Positions 1 to 12,930 of a stretch of 64,000 nucleotides of DNA are shown here, one piece after another. Location of the stretch: assembly GCF_006345805.1 (NCBI RefSeq), contig NC_043004.1:51894001-51958000 (forward strand). Direction: 5' to 3'. This DNA comes from Octopus sinensis. Taxonomy: Eukaryota. Positions within the stretch are counted from its first letter, which is position 1, and every line of letters begins with the position of its first letter. The notes beneath the pieces were generated by a model, which did no database searches, was not told the DNA's origin, and saw nothing but the letters and a program-made list of their open reading frames with translations. Made by a program: the position numbers and the translations under genes.

Positions 1-1529
1 CACGCGTATACTACATCACTAACACTACATTAAATCATTATTAAAAGACTAGTGCCACTACACCACTATAATACTAGCACCAACACATGAATAGAGCAAC
101 AGTTTAATAAAAATTAAGAAGCAGATGTTCTGAAGTTTCTTGTTTGAAAGAACTCTTACCATTATATCATCGTCATCATCATTGTCATCGACGTAAACGT
201 TCACTGGTACATTTCCAGTAGTAGCAGTCGTTGCTGTAGTACCACTGCTAATACTACCTCCACTACTACTAGATAACGGGTAATTCCTCAGTTTCGAAGG
301 TGACGACTCCTTAGGTCCGACCCTCATCTCTCGCCACAACAGCGGAAATAAAAAAGTTTGCAGATGTAGAGCGACACCTAGCATCGAGGTGAGGGACGAC
401 TCGCAAGTTCTATTCTCCTCCCTCTCTCCTCTTTATTACACACTTTCTTACTCCACTCCTCACGCTAATCCCATCACTAAAGGGCTCACATCTTCATCCC
501 CCCACTATTCACATCATCCCTATCATACATCAGCTTATCCTCTCTTACTCTCACTAGTAATTCTCCTCCTTATCTTCTCACTCTAGAGACAGGAGACGAG
601 GGAAGTCCCTTTCTCATTACAGACATCAATCTTAGTCCCTTTTTTACCATCTAAACTGAAAACTATATAAACTTGTAATCTGAAAGACACTTGATGCAGG
701 TAATAGAAAACATGTTAGATATTGACTGGAGAGAACTTTTGTCCTCGCTTCTATTTCACTGTCCTCTCACTTTTCTTTATATATATATATATTTTCCCTG
801 TTGAAAATACACATCACGAAATGAAAGAGGAGGCCATAACTTATTTCTATCTGAATGTATGCGCGTGTGTGTGTGTGTAGCCATCAAACCCCCTCCATCA
901 TACCATTCCTTGTTCCCCACTCTCAAGTAAATAAACGATATTTTAGAAGGGAAGAGGCTATGTTTTTAGTCCAACCCGAGTGTGTATCTCCCACTCCATC
1001 GGACGGTATTGTATTAGAGCCCCCCCTCTCAGTTTCCACTCTACTGCTGTCTCTCAACCACAAATTAATTCTGTAATAAATAAAAAAATAAAACAAATAA
1101 CTATATTAGACCAAAAGTTCAACTCTCACACTTAAATACCTAATTTACTTCCTCGTTCTTGACATATACATCATAGACATTATTCCGTTGGGTTTATAAG
1201 CCCCAATATTAGGACTAGTCAATATATACGGTAGAAACATACGTGCGTGTGGTATGTGTTGACTGTAGACAGGGCTTAATTCTACATTTCCATCTTAACA
1301 TGTGACTAGTGGAATTGATATCAAGCCTGAAGGGATTTACTCATTATCTTCTAGCTAGCTATTAGTCTAATCTGTTTGTCAATCAGTTAATGTAGCTATT
1401 AATCAAAATATCTATACGCATGTCAATCAATAAATAAATTCAGGCATAGGTATATTTAAAACGGCCTTTTAAGTGAGCCCCACTCCAGTTTGTCTTTATG
1501 GCGGGAATTTCCAACTATTTTCGAATACC

Positions 1530-1578
1530 TATTTCTTTACTACCCACAAGGGGCTACACACAGACGGGACGAATAAAG
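1530..1578 (-). mobile_element. Tail-only insertion of SINE family B with 15-bp TSD
   Basis: 49-nt match to the family-B tail (rc ...TAGCCCCTTGTGGGTAGTAAAGAAATA), flanked by direct repeat CTATTTTCGAATACC at 1515-1529 and 1579-1593. Confidence 0.85.
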
Positions 1579-2496
1579 CTATTTTCGAATACCGATAAGT
1601 CACAGCAGGAGAAGGTTAATATTCATTGATTGAATTGTCTCAATATGGAGGGGTGGGGGTAATAAAATCCCATATATGGGTACGAGAATAGATTTTATCT
1701 CAGAAAGAAAAGGAAACAAAGAGATAGAAGGAAGGGGAAGAGGAGAGACAGTAGAGGTGGCAGAAACCTTGAAGATTTGGTCGTGTCAAGAAATGTTCGT
1801 AAATATATGAGACATAGTGGGCGAAAGGAAGTATATTCTTCTAGAGATGTAGTGAGAGGTAACTTATATTAACAAGTAGTTGGTATAGGAAGGGTTAAGA
1901 GTTTGTAAGTGTGCTTGAATGAGTGTGTGTGAGAAAGAGAGAGAGAGAAGCAGGTAGAAGTCTTGACATGTATATAGAAGAAAATAGTTGTGTAAATGAA
2001 TAAGTATATAAGTGTGTGTGTGTATGGAATAAAAGGTGGTTCATGCGTGTTTAAAACAGGTTGAAGAAAAATCTACCAAACTACCAAAGTGAAACAGTAG
2101 CATCCGAGGTAACTAGTGGTGATGGTTTGTGTCCATAGATTTTATAGAAACAGTTGACGAAAGGACAATAAACTATGTACTTTAATCTGAGGTAGAAAAG
2201 AGGACTGACATTTCGAACAGAGCCTTTCGTTGATTATGAGTTGTCACCCCTTGCCCCTTACCTCCCAAGCCCTAGGTACAAATATTCATTTGGTTAATTA
2301 AAGTTATCATGCTGGATATATTAGCTAGGCTAGTATTCCACTATTTATAGAACTGTATGTATGGATGTGTGTGTCTTTTAGTAAGGAGATGAGGCAGGGT
2401 CTTAACTCTTCACAGGACTTCCGAAACTTGTGGAAAAGATGTAAGTTATTCCCAAATCAGATCCTTATTATCACCATTATTGTGTTCATCCCCCAG

Positions 2497-2698
2497 CCCC
2501 GCCTACATACCAGGTCCTGCAATGATCCATAAACCCAGTCGTTCTACGCGAGAGCAACGGTCCTTTGGAATCCCTTCGCCGCAAATGTCTTTACCTGCAG
2601 CTACTGACTTGCAACTGTCCCTAAGGAATGTGCAGCGCAATAATCTCACTGGCCTTAGAGAAACTCCAAAGTTTATGGTTATAGACTTTTTAGCTAAA
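2497..2698 (+). CDS. Candidate internal coding exon, unknown product
   Basis: Non-repetitive island. Acceptor TTGTGTTCATCCCCCAG|, open frame PAYIPGPAMIHKPSRS...FMVIDFLAK, possible donor AAA|GTAAAC. The minus frame is also open with splice-like ends, so strand is uncertain. No homology recognised. Confidence 0.25.
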
Positions 2699-2894
2699 GT
2701 AAACCAGTAAAGAAAAAAAAAAACATGTATCATACATTACATAGATCTACATATATTACAATTTTCATCTACATAAATCACATTTTTAAAAACGTCGCAG
2801 CCTGCATCATAATCAATAGAAAGTCGGATAAAATTCTTAGCAGCACTTTCTCCAGTTTTTTTTTTTTTTTTTTTTTCAAAATTACAGGAAATAG

Positions 2895-3160
2895 GTCTCG
2901 GGTCGACCAATGCCTTGTGATTGGATTCGGTAGGCAGAAAGCTGTCGTATATATATATATATATATAATATATATATAATGTGTGTCCACCGCTTGACAA
3001 CCGCTGTTGGTGTGCTTATAGCCTCCTAAATTAGCGGCAAATGAGATAGATACAATAAGTACCATGCTTTAAATATATATATATTAGATTCATTGAATTA
3101 AAATTCAAGGTGATGCCTCAGCATGGCCGCAGTTTGATGACTGAATAAGTAAAAGAATTT
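2895..3160 (+). mobile_element. SINE family A, 5'-truncated, diverged
   Basis: GACCAATGCCTTGTGA..(TA)n..GCTTGACAACCG..CAGCATGGCCGCAGT..GACTGAA matches the fuller copies at 7437 and 8435; a diverged minus-strand copy follows at about 3360-3560. Confidence 0.8.
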
Positions 3161-4657
3161 AAAAAATATATCGTGGAGAAAAAAGGAATAAAACGCAACA
3201 GTGTAGTACTGAAAATATAAGAGAAGAGAGGCAAAAAGGGAGGCAACGAAATAAAGTGTTTATGTTTTACAGACAAACGGGTCATTTCGTCCTTAAACCT
3301 CAATATCCCTCCTCCATCCCCAACACACTAACTTAGCTCAACTCATGAACTTCTATTATTCATTTACTGGTTTCAGTCATTGCAGCTGTGGCCTGGCCAG
3401 GCTGGACGGAGAATTGCTCGAAGGGTTGAGTCGAGCAAATTGATCCCCAGTACTTATTCTTTTCAAGACTGGTAATTATTCTGTCGGATATGTTTGCCGA
3501 ACCGCAAATTTACATGGATGTAAACAAGCCAACACTAATTGATCACAGGCGCACAATATATATGTATATATGTGTGTCTATGTCCTCTACCACTGTTTGA
3601 CAACCCATGCTGGTTTGTTCACATCCCCGTAATCTAGCGATTCGGCTACAGTAATCGATAGAATAAGTAGCAAACTTTAAAAAAAAAAATACTGGCATCG
3701 ATCTGTTCGACTAAGGTTGTGCCCCAGTAAAAAGTATAAAGATGGCCTTCGAAACAGTTTCCGTCTGCGGAATTCTCTCTCAGAGCAATATATAATATAG
3801 AGAAGAAAGCACACATACACATAGCAAAACATGAGACGAAGGCCCTAAGCCATAGTCGAACAGGATGTCAACACACGAGTAATGTACAGCGAAAAAATAA
3901 AAATTAAAATTTTATTTTAAATAATAACGACATACTTACAGAATGATCGAATTGTTTCTTAAATATCAAAATGTGTTAGAGTGGAAAATAAGATAGAAAT
4001 AAAATGAAAAGTAAATATAACAGCGTGCTACTGAAGGGAATACGTTTCTCTCTTCATATGATAAAGAAAGCATGTGAATAGACAACGGGTTGGTCTCTCT
4101 CTATAGGCTAAGAAAATAAAGGGATAGGTTGTTAATAAGCAAAAAAAAAGGAGTGATCGATTATTCATTTCCTTATCCAATAGAAAGTTATGTTGTAGTT
4201 ATTTATAGATACATAAATTCCGGGGAAACTATGTAGGTCTAATTAGCATAACAACGAAGTTTGGTAAAGTCGATTAATTCATTCATCTAGTTGTAGTAGT
4301 ACTAGTAGTAGTAGTAGCACGGCAAAGCCGGCGCTGTAAATAATAAATGTAAGGTGTAAATAGCTACTGGGTAATTCCGGGGTTGGGGTGGGGATCGTAA
4401 GTACCCTATGAACAGAAAAGTTGTCCTTGGCGAAACTCGAACACCAAAACATAAGCAAGATCAACGTCCTTTACTTGTTTCAGTCAATGGACGGTGGCTG
4501 GGCTCGATTTAAGAAGGAAAAAAAAAAGGCATCTAGCGTCAAACCGAAAAGATAGACGTGATTATAGTTTCCAAGTAGTAAACCTGTTACTTGATTTTTT
4601 TTTTTTTTTTGTGGGGCTTAGAGTATAGTTTATTATATCGGCTCCAGTATGTGATTG

Positions 4658-5373
4658 GGATCTTTTCCTTTTGAACGGCACTTTGTAACATAATTTCTAG
4701 GTAACTAAAAAGTTTTAAACTTCGTATACTGGTAGAATGTGTTTATAAAACATCATTTTCTCTTGGTTTTATTGAGAAAATTCTATAGTTTGTAAGATAT
4801 TTCGTCTGAAATTTCGAGCATTTCGGCAATTTTAACCAATCGATTACCTCCATTGAGCTAAAAATCATTTGCTGCGTCTAAAACTGAGACACATCCTGTC
4901 ACTAACCTTAAACCTAACCCTAAGTTTTTTTTTATTAATTGTTAAATTAATTTAATTGTTACGTGTGTAAAAAAAAAACGAAAGCAATGGAAAATAATTT
5001 AAACAATTAACAATAGAATTATTTTGTTTGTTAATTGTTTAAATTATTTTCCATTGCTTTCGTTTTTTTTTTACACGCGTAACAATTAAATTAATTTAAC
5101 AATTAAGAAAAAAAAATTTAGGGTTAGGGTGAGGTTTAGGGTTAGTGACAGGACGTTGTCTCAGTTTTAGACGCAGCAAATGATTTTAGCTCAATTAGAG
5201 GCGATTCATTGGTTAAAATTCGAAAAATTAAACTACGTGAAACAAACGAATTATAATTTTATCAAGAAAGCCAAGAGAAAAAAATGTTTTATTTTGACAC
5301 GTTCTACCAGTATACGAAGTTTTAAAGTGTTTAGTTAACTAGAAATTGTGTGCCGTTCAAAAGGAAAAGATCC
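4658..5373. mobile_element. Fold-back non-autonomous DNA transposon (GG..CC termini, 8-bp TSD; Merlin- or Mutator/Foldback-like)
   Basis: Terminus GGATCTTTTCCTTTTGAACGGCAC / GTGCCGTTCAAAAGGAAAAGATCC. Arms pair almost to the centre (about 5014-5027). TSD TGTGATTG at 4650-4657 and 5374-5381. Confidence 0.9.
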
Positions 5374-5701
5374 TGTGATTGATATTCATATTATCGATGG
5401 AGGAAAAATGACAGCTGTCGTCAACTACAAAATTTGAACTTAGACCACCAGCGGTATGTAACTAAATTCGTCAGTAATTTCGTACGACGCTGTAGACCAA
5501 GAAATGTACAAAGAGTGTCAAAAGTCATGCACAAAATAAGTTCAATCAGAACTGTCAAAGACATGCTCCATTTTTTGTTAGTTTGTTTGCTTTTGTCTAA
5601 AATTGAGTAAAATAATGATGAATACACAAACTGGTGAACAAAATGAATAATTATAACATAAATAAAATATCATGTTTTGGTGCGTGGCTTTTGACCCATC
5701 C

Positions 5702-5740
<39 letters not shown>

Positions 5741-5959
5741 GTATTTATTGACCGCCGTCTTAACATGTTTTTTTCTTTTGGGGTCCAAGTTCATGTAAGA
5801 AAATCACAAACTATTATATCGGCTCTATTGAGCACTTTTGATTGATACTTTATTTATTTTATCAACTTACAAAGAAACGAAAAATATTTTTAAAAAAAGG
5901 AATGTTTATCTCCGCCAAGCAACCTTTGAATTTTACTTTCTTAATATCAACATGGCCAA

Positions 5960-6593
5960 CGTTAGAGGTTTACTCAGTCTTGATGAACTCCGCATCTCTA
6001 TCGCACTCGGAGTGGAAGCTGACGTCTGTAGGAGACTGAGATGTCGCTGTGGTAGGCCCTTAGATTTCGTAGGTATTCACGGTCTGTCTTGCTGCCCAAA
6101 TGCTGGCCGCTTCGCTCGTCACACCGAGCTAAGCCTAACCATTACGCGAGCCCTGGCTCGGATTTATACTCCCTCAGTTCTGGATCCGACGGAGTTATTC
6201 AGTAGTGATGGAAAAAGACCTGATGGTCTTACCCTCTGTCCCTAGGTTAGAGGTAGGTACCCCATTTGGAATGCCACAGTCTGTGGGTCCTTTGCTCCCT
6301 CCTACATCATGGATGCTGCAGTAAATAGAAGGGTCATTGCTTTCGTATCCGAACGGAACAAAATCCTGAAGCATCGGGACCTGACAGTGAACTATCTCTC
6401 CCAGCCTGTGGCTTTTGAGACTTTCCGAGGGACTGGGCTACTAACCGCGAAGTTCTTGTCATCGTTGGCAGCTCGCCTCACCTAGGTGACAGGTGATGCC
6501 CGTGAGGGCACTTGTCTTTTCCAGCACCTTGGCCTCGCCATTGTCCGTGATAATGCTGCGTGCGTGCTGGCTTGCTACCGTAGGTTCCGTTGA
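5960..6593 (+). mobile_element. CRE-clade (RLE-type) non-LTR retrotransposon, 3' fragment, with stops
   Basis: Single frame read through two TAG stops: CRCG..HGLSC zinc knuckle, RH, GKRPDGLTL, W(N)ATV, PVAFET, LAIVRDNAACV, i.e. a PD-(D/E)xK endonuclease C-terminus. Confidence 0.85.
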
Positions 6594-7436
6594 AACTTGT
6601 GGTGTGCGACCAGTTGAAGCGATTGGTGCATTTTTTTTCTCTCTTCCCCACAAATGGTTTCAATACAAAATTAGAAGTATTGCATTTCTAAATCTCTCAG
6701 AGAGTTATGCAGTAGCAGCACGATAAATTGATGGTTTGTTGCCAATTTAATGTCGCAGCTATAGGAAAGGGAAGAATGCTACTGCTATCTAGCCCCAAGA
6801 AACACCGTTTCTAGTTGGCTACGTGACACAAGCGTTCTGTGTCCTCAAGTTTTCAAGCAGGGGAGATAAGTACCTCCACCCAACAAAGCCAGCATTCAGA
6901 GACTAGTTGCTCTTCATCAGTCTTGAGTAGCTTGGCTTTGCTAGCTGTCGGTGCTAGTTTGCTGGTTTCAATACAGTTTTTGCTGAAAGATTTGGGAGAA
7001 TTGGAAGAGAGTTCTCCGGTAATTTTCTTTCAGTAAATAAATGTTTATGTTAATTGAAGAATTTGCCAGCATAATTTTATAAAATGAAAATTGTCCTAAA
7101 AGGAGTGCATTTTAGATGGAAATAAAATGTATATAATGTACAAAAAAAACAAAGAGGAAAATGAATAAACATTTCCTGGAAAATATAGCTGAGAATTCAA
7201 ACGAAAAAAAAAAACTGAAAAAAAGAAGAAATGGGGTATAAAAGGCTTAAACTAACCTATGACATTTTATCAACCCTTGAAAAGATAAAGGACATTATCA
7301 ACCCCCACCCACACGTATAAAACCATTCAACAGGATCTGAAATAAGTTTATCTTTTAAAATTAACTAATTTAGGGAGAAAGCATAGGAAAAACTTAAACT
7401 TGCCGCCAGCAGTTCGCTGGACAATATTTTATTGAC

Positions 7437-7587
7437 TGTGTGGTAAGTAGCTTGTTTACCAACCACATGGTCCTGGGTTCAGTCCCACTGCGTGGCACCT
7501 TGGGCAAGTGTCTTCTACTATAGCCTCGGGCCGACCAAAGCCTTGTGAGTGGATTTGGTAGACGGAAACTGAAAGAAGCCCGTCGTA

Positions 7588-7633
<46 letters not shown>

Positions 7634-7845
7634 TGTGTGTGTTTGTGTGTCTGTGTTTGTCCCCCTAGCATTGCTTGACAACCGATGCTGGTGTGTTGTC
7701 TCCGTTACTTAGCGGTTCGGCAAAAGAGACCTATAGAATAAGTACTGGGCTTACAAAAGAATAAGTCCCGGGGTCGAGTTGCTCGATTAAAGGCGGTGCT
7801 CCAGCATGGCCGCAGTCAGATGACTGAAACAAGTAAAAGAGTAAG
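7437..7845 (+). mobile_element. SINE family A (tRNA-like head, internal (TA)n(TG)n, CR1/L2-like tail)
   Basis: TGTGTGGTAAG A-box-like and GGTTCAGTCCC B-box-like motifs; CCTTGGGCAAGT; tail GGCGGTGCTCCAGCATGGCCGCAGTC..GACTGAAACAAGTAAAAGAG. Confidence 0.9.
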
Positions 7846-7856
7846 GAACAATATAA

Positions 7857-7891
<35 letters not shown>

Positions 7892-7895
<4 letters not shown>

Positions 7896-8112
7896 ACTGC
7901 CCAGAAGGAGCTAATCATAGAGGGGACAAACAAGGAGAGACGAAGGGATTGAGTCGATTATATCGGCCCCAGTGCGAAACTGGTACTTTTATTTATCGAC
8001 CCCGAAAGGATGAAAGGCAAAGTTGACCTCGGCAGAATTTGAACTCAGAACGTAACGACAGACGAAATACCGCTAAGCATTTCGCCCGGCGCGCTAACGT
8101 GTCTGCCAGCTC
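7892..8112 (-). mobile_element. SINE family B in a (TA)n array
   Basis: rc GAGCTGGCAGACACGTTAGC..GAGTTCAAATTC..GCCTTTCATCCTTTCGGGGTCGATAAA..; same family as 28719 and 42446. Confidence 0.85.
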
Positions 8113-8434
8113 ATATATACAAAGCTAGACACGAAGTAAGTTTAATATGAGAGATGGAGACGGGAGGCAAAACGAAGCTGAGATTTCTTAGGAACCAACA
8201 GTTAGAATAAGGGATGGTCCCTTCTCAGATTTCATCTTCTCTGACTGACTTGAAGTGACCTTGTTTCTTCGTTGTGCTATTGGGCTGTTTTTGCGAAGCA
8301 GAGGAGTGGAGGCTTAGGCGCGCGCGTACACACATGCACAATTTTAGACATAAACACATTAATATGAATATATTGTTACAGCTTTCTGTCTCACACATAC
8401 ATACATACATACATACATACATACATACATACAT

Positions 8435-8832
8435 AGGTGCAGGAGTGGCTGTGTGGTAAGTAGCTTGTTTTCCGGGTTCAGTCCCACTGCGTGGCATCTT
8501 GAGCAAGTGTCTTCTGCTATAGCCCCGGGCCGACCAAAGCCTTGTGAGTGGATTTGGTAGACGGAAACTGAAAGAAGCCTGTCGTATATATATATATATA
8601 AATATATATATATGTGTGTGTGTGTGTGCGTCTGTGTTTGTCCCCCTAGCATTGCTTGACAACCGATGCTGGTGTGTTTACGTCCCCGTCACTTAGCGGT
8701 TCGGCAAAAGAGACCGATAGAATAAGTACTGGGCTTACAAAGAATAAGTCCCGGGGTAGATTTGCTCGAATAAAGGCGGTGCTCCAGCATGGCCGCAGTC
8801 AAATGACTGAAACAAGTAAAAGAGTAAAAGAG
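8435..8832 (+). mobile_element. SINE family A, near full length
   Basis: Head GGTGCAGGAGTGGCTGTGTGGTAAG to tail (GTAAAAGA)n; flanked by TACATACATA on both sides. Confidence 0.9.
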
Positions 8833-9320
8833 TACATACATAAAATTACCTTACAGAGCTGATTTAACAGCATTATATCAATCACTGGGCCCTACAGTAT
8901 ATATTTTTTAACAGCAAACCACAATATACGAGTACATAGACCAAAATTGGGCCCCAAGACCCGCGAGGCCCCTGGACAACTGCCCAGCGTGCCCAAGACT
9001 TAAGACGGCACTGATTATATAGCGTGTGTGAGTGTACATATTTTTCCTTGAATCTTTTCACCAGTTAAACTTCTACATCATAGACTGGACTTTGTCCCTC
9101 CACCCTCATCACCATCCCCCCCCACATACACAATTTTTACAAAGCTATGGTGGATAGTGTCTTCGAAGATTCAGTATTTTTTCCTTGTATAAATTAATAT
9201 ATGCGCTCTTCACTAAAACGTAATGTGTAGTCTTTCAGTTAAAATGTTAAATGGATTTTACATATGACTTGACATAAAAAAAAATATGTATGTATAAGAC
9301 ATGCCAGAGGGTTAAAAAAA

Positions 9321-9720
9321 ATCTTTTCTACTTGAGGAACAAGGCCCGAAATTTTGGGGGAGGGGCCAGTCGATTAGATCGATCCCCAGTACGCAACTGA
9401 TACTTAATTTATCGATCCCGAAAGGATGAAAGGCGAAGTCGATCTCGACGGAATTTGAACTCAGAACGTAAAGACAGGCGAAATACCTATTTCTTTACTA
9501 CCCACAAGGGGCTAAACACAGAGAGGACAAACAAGGACAAACAAACGGATTAAGTCGATTATATCGACCCCAGTGCGTAACTGGTACTTATTTAATCGAC
9601 CCCGAAAGGATGAAAGGCAAAGTCGACCTCGGCGGAATTTGAACTCAGAACGTAACGGCAGACGAAATACCGCTAATCATTTCACCCGACGCGCTAACGT
9701 TTCTGCCAGCTCGCCGCCTT
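9321..9720 (-). mobile_element. SINE family B dimer (two units, different tails)
   Basis: Full unit 9720-9488 joined at AAAGAAATA|GGTATTTCG to a headless unit ending CCCTCCCCCAAAATTTCGGGCCTTG..GTAGAAAAGA. Confidence 0.85.
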
Positions 9721-10168
9721 GAGTTTTAAAAAGTGATCAAAAACTGATAACACTTTCGTAGTACATGTGTTTGTTTGGGTAGGGGAGTGCACTTATTAGA
9801 CTAGTGGTTAAGGTTGTTTAGTTCAGAATCATTACATCGCGAGTTCAAATGTTAGACCGGACGGCGCTTTGTGTCCTTGTGCAAGGAACTTTATTTCACA
9901 TTGTTCCAGTTTCCTCATTTTAAAATTTAAGGTTTACGTACAGTTTGCAGTTGTAAAATAGCGAAAGAAAATTTTCCTTAAAATGAAAATGTATTGCGAC
10001 AGAAACCGGATGGAACGGATTGTGATATCAGTGACGACTGATACGCCCAAAATTCTTAGAATACGCCCGATATCCGATGGGTGAGCTTCCTACTTTAAGT
10101 CTCGACAATTTCTATACTTCCAAGCTTGTTAACCAATCACTGAATATTATTGGTCCAAATGATGACAG

Positions 10169-10246
10169 CATCCATAGACTGATTGCCAAAGGGCGATGGC
10201 TGTTTTCCATCCATAGACTGATTGCCAAAGGGCGATGGCTGTTTTC
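10169..10246. repeat. Perfect 39-bp tandem duplication
   Basis: CATCCATAGACTGATTGCCAAAGGGCGATGGCTGTTTTC x2. Confidence 0.95.
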
Positions 10247-10671
10247 CAAGAAGAAACTTAAGTGACAATGTAGGACTAACGATGATTTATTTACATCATT
10301 CCAGACCGTGCTGTGCATTGTGTTCTTGAGCAAGACGCTTTATTTCACGTTGCTCCAGTTTACTAAGCTGTAGAAAAACATTGCAACATCACTGGTGCCA
10401 AGTTGTATCAGCCTTTGCCTTTCCCTTGGATAACATCAGTGGCGTATAGAGGGGATGCTGATACGGTATGGGCGACTGCCAATCTTCTATAAATAACTTT
10501 GTCCAGAGTTTGAAGGGGAACTTTCTAGGGGCAATCCCATGGTCATTCATGACCCAAGGATGTCTTTGCACACTACCCTTTATTTTGATGAGCATGTGGC
10601 GAAACAAATTTATAGATTGAGAAACATTATGAATCTCATTTTATGGATCAACGACTTGTAAATTGTTTATA

Positions 10672-11486
10672 TCTAATCTATAAAATGAAGGCGAACGTTG
10701 ATACAAATTGGATTTTTATGTATAAAGGGGATTGAAATTTACAGGAGGGGGTAACTTGAGGTGAGAAATTGATTCGGAGACGTCTGGGGCGCTACAGTGG
10801 TTGCTTTGCTGTGATAACGGGGATTTTATTGATATTTTTGGGACACTTGGGGGGTGGGGGTCTAGATTGGACACCTTTTGCCCGATTTCAATCAAATTTT
10901 CAACATGGTAAAGTGGAAGCGGATTTGTAATTTAACCGCGGAAAATGGGTTCGAAATTTTGAAAAATAAAGCAAGAATTTTGAAGTTGAAAAAATTTCTA
11001 ATTTTTACGTATTTTTGCCTTTTATTTTTTATTGTTTACAGTTTTCATTTTTTTCTGAAAGAAATTTACAGCTGCATGTAGCCCGTGATTAGAGCTTTCA
11101 TTTGCATGGTCAATCGTCGAAAAATTCCCAAAATAAGTACTAAATTTAACAAAGAAATCCTTTTTTCCCCCTTATTTTTAATCACTCAAATAGTGGCACG
11201 TACAAAAGGCAAGTATGCTTTCCGTTGTCACTGCCTGATATTTATGATTGATCTTTTAAAATATTTTCTTTCTGAACTTACTCAAGATCTTTTGTTTTTT
11301 ATAAATGGGAGAGAGAGAGATAGAGAGTAAGAGAAAGCGAGGGAGAGTCCGAGTGAAAGGAAGAGTAAGAGAGTGGGAAAGTGAGAGAGAAAGGAGAGAG
11401 AAACAAAGAGGGAGAAAGTGGCGATAAGAAACAGAAAGTAACAACCACACCCTCACCCGCGCGTAGAGCGGGTCACCTTAAGCTAG
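10672..11486 (+). mobile_element. Non-autonomous Helitron
   Basis: A|TCTAATCTATAAAA 5' end; subterminal hairpin ACCCGC-7nt-GCGGGT (11455-11473); CTAG|T 3' end; no TSD. The 5' boundary is less certain than the 3'. Confidence 0.7.
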
Positions 11487-11913
11487 TAATATATAAAATA
11501 TAATGTACGGTTTTCATATGATATTAAATATAATGTACGTTTATGAATTATGGTATGTTAATGGGTGTATACATGAAATTACAGGATGTCACTGTTGTTA
11601 TTTTCGGTTTTTATCGTAATAGACTTCCATTTTGCTAAGGATTAAATACTTTCACTACTTTACGACGGTAAGTTGTATGTTAATCAAAACTTAGTGTCAG
11701 CCGAATGCTGGTGCAGTTGGATCTTTGCTGTTTGGTTGCACTTGTGGAAATTTCAAAGTTTTTGTGAAAATTTTAAGATTTGGTGTATTGATGTAATTTT
11801 CCACGCTGAATCTCAGAGGTTATCTAACTTTTTCTAGAAATTTTTTAAAAATAGTTACAGAGTTTTAAGTTTTATCATTTTTACCCATTCAGAAAACAGG
11901 ATTTGGAAGCTCT

Positions 11914-11949
<36 letters not shown>

Positions 11950-12189
11950 CCTCTCCTTCCAGCTGTCCCACACTGGCTGTGTCGCTGGGTCAAAGGGTGT
12001 GAAAATCGACAGTGTGTTTATGCTTTCGCACAATTATCAACCTATGTACTCAAAACGTCAAACACGCTTGCAGGTGACGGCTTCTTCTATAAACACACAC
12101 TTTCCATGGTATTGGTTAGGAATAGCGTCACCAACAACCAATTATTAGATCTCGATATACGCATGCTTTAGGAGAGTACACAGTACAAT

Positions 12190-12604
12190 ATTGGTTTCAA
12201 ATTTTGGCAGAAGGCCAGTAATTTCAGGAGAGAGTGTAAGTTGATCACAGCGACCTAAATGTAGGTACTTCTTTTATCGACCTCAAAAGGACGAAAGACA
12301 AAGTCGAGCCCAGCGGCATTCGAACTCAAAACGTAAAGAGGGACGAAATACCACTAAGCATTTCCCCAGCGTGCTAACGCCGCCTTAGAGCATAATATTC
12401 TTTTCTACTCTAGGCACAAGGCCCAAAAGTTTGGGGGAGGGTGGCAGTCGATTAGATCGACCCCGCTACGCAACTAGTACTTTATTTATCGACTCCGAAA
12501 GGATGAAAGGTAAAGGCGAAATTTGATCTCAGAACGTAGCGGTAGACGAAATGCTGCTAAGCATTTCGCTCGGCGTGCTAACGATTCTGCCAGCTCGCCA
12601 CCTT
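12190..12604 (-). mobile_element. Two tandem family-B SINEs with different tails
   Basis: Units at about 12190-12386 and 12397-12604; AGAGCATAAT repeated at 12387-12396 and 12611-12620. Confidence 0.8.
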
Positions 12605-12820
12605 ATGTACAGAGCATAATTTTGATTATTGAATGATAAGGGAACAGGAAATAAAATATACATTTCATCTTAATGACTCTGAAGAAGCAATAAAATAATG
12701 TACAAGCACCTCAACTCTGATTGCACTGCTTCTAATAACAGAAACAGCTGTAAGCTAAAGAATTTGATTACATAATTACTGTTTCCTTGTCATTATAATA
12801 TATATATATATATATAATAT

Positions 12821-12863
<43 letters not shown>

Positions 12864-12930
12864 ATTAGAGATATATATATATATTATATATATTATATAT
12901 TATATATATATACACATATACACACATACG

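Noticed and set aside
6838-6925. Minus-strand CTGATGA-A-GAGCA..TGCTT-GAAA
   Set aside because: No UH triplet or stem I in this copy. Similar partial matches at 16623, 32937 and 54559 were rejected for missing stems.
12715-12756. CTGATTG..GAAACAGCTGTAAG upstream of (TA)n
   Set aside because: Palindromic stem III is present but core and stem II are too degenerate; at most an old remnant.
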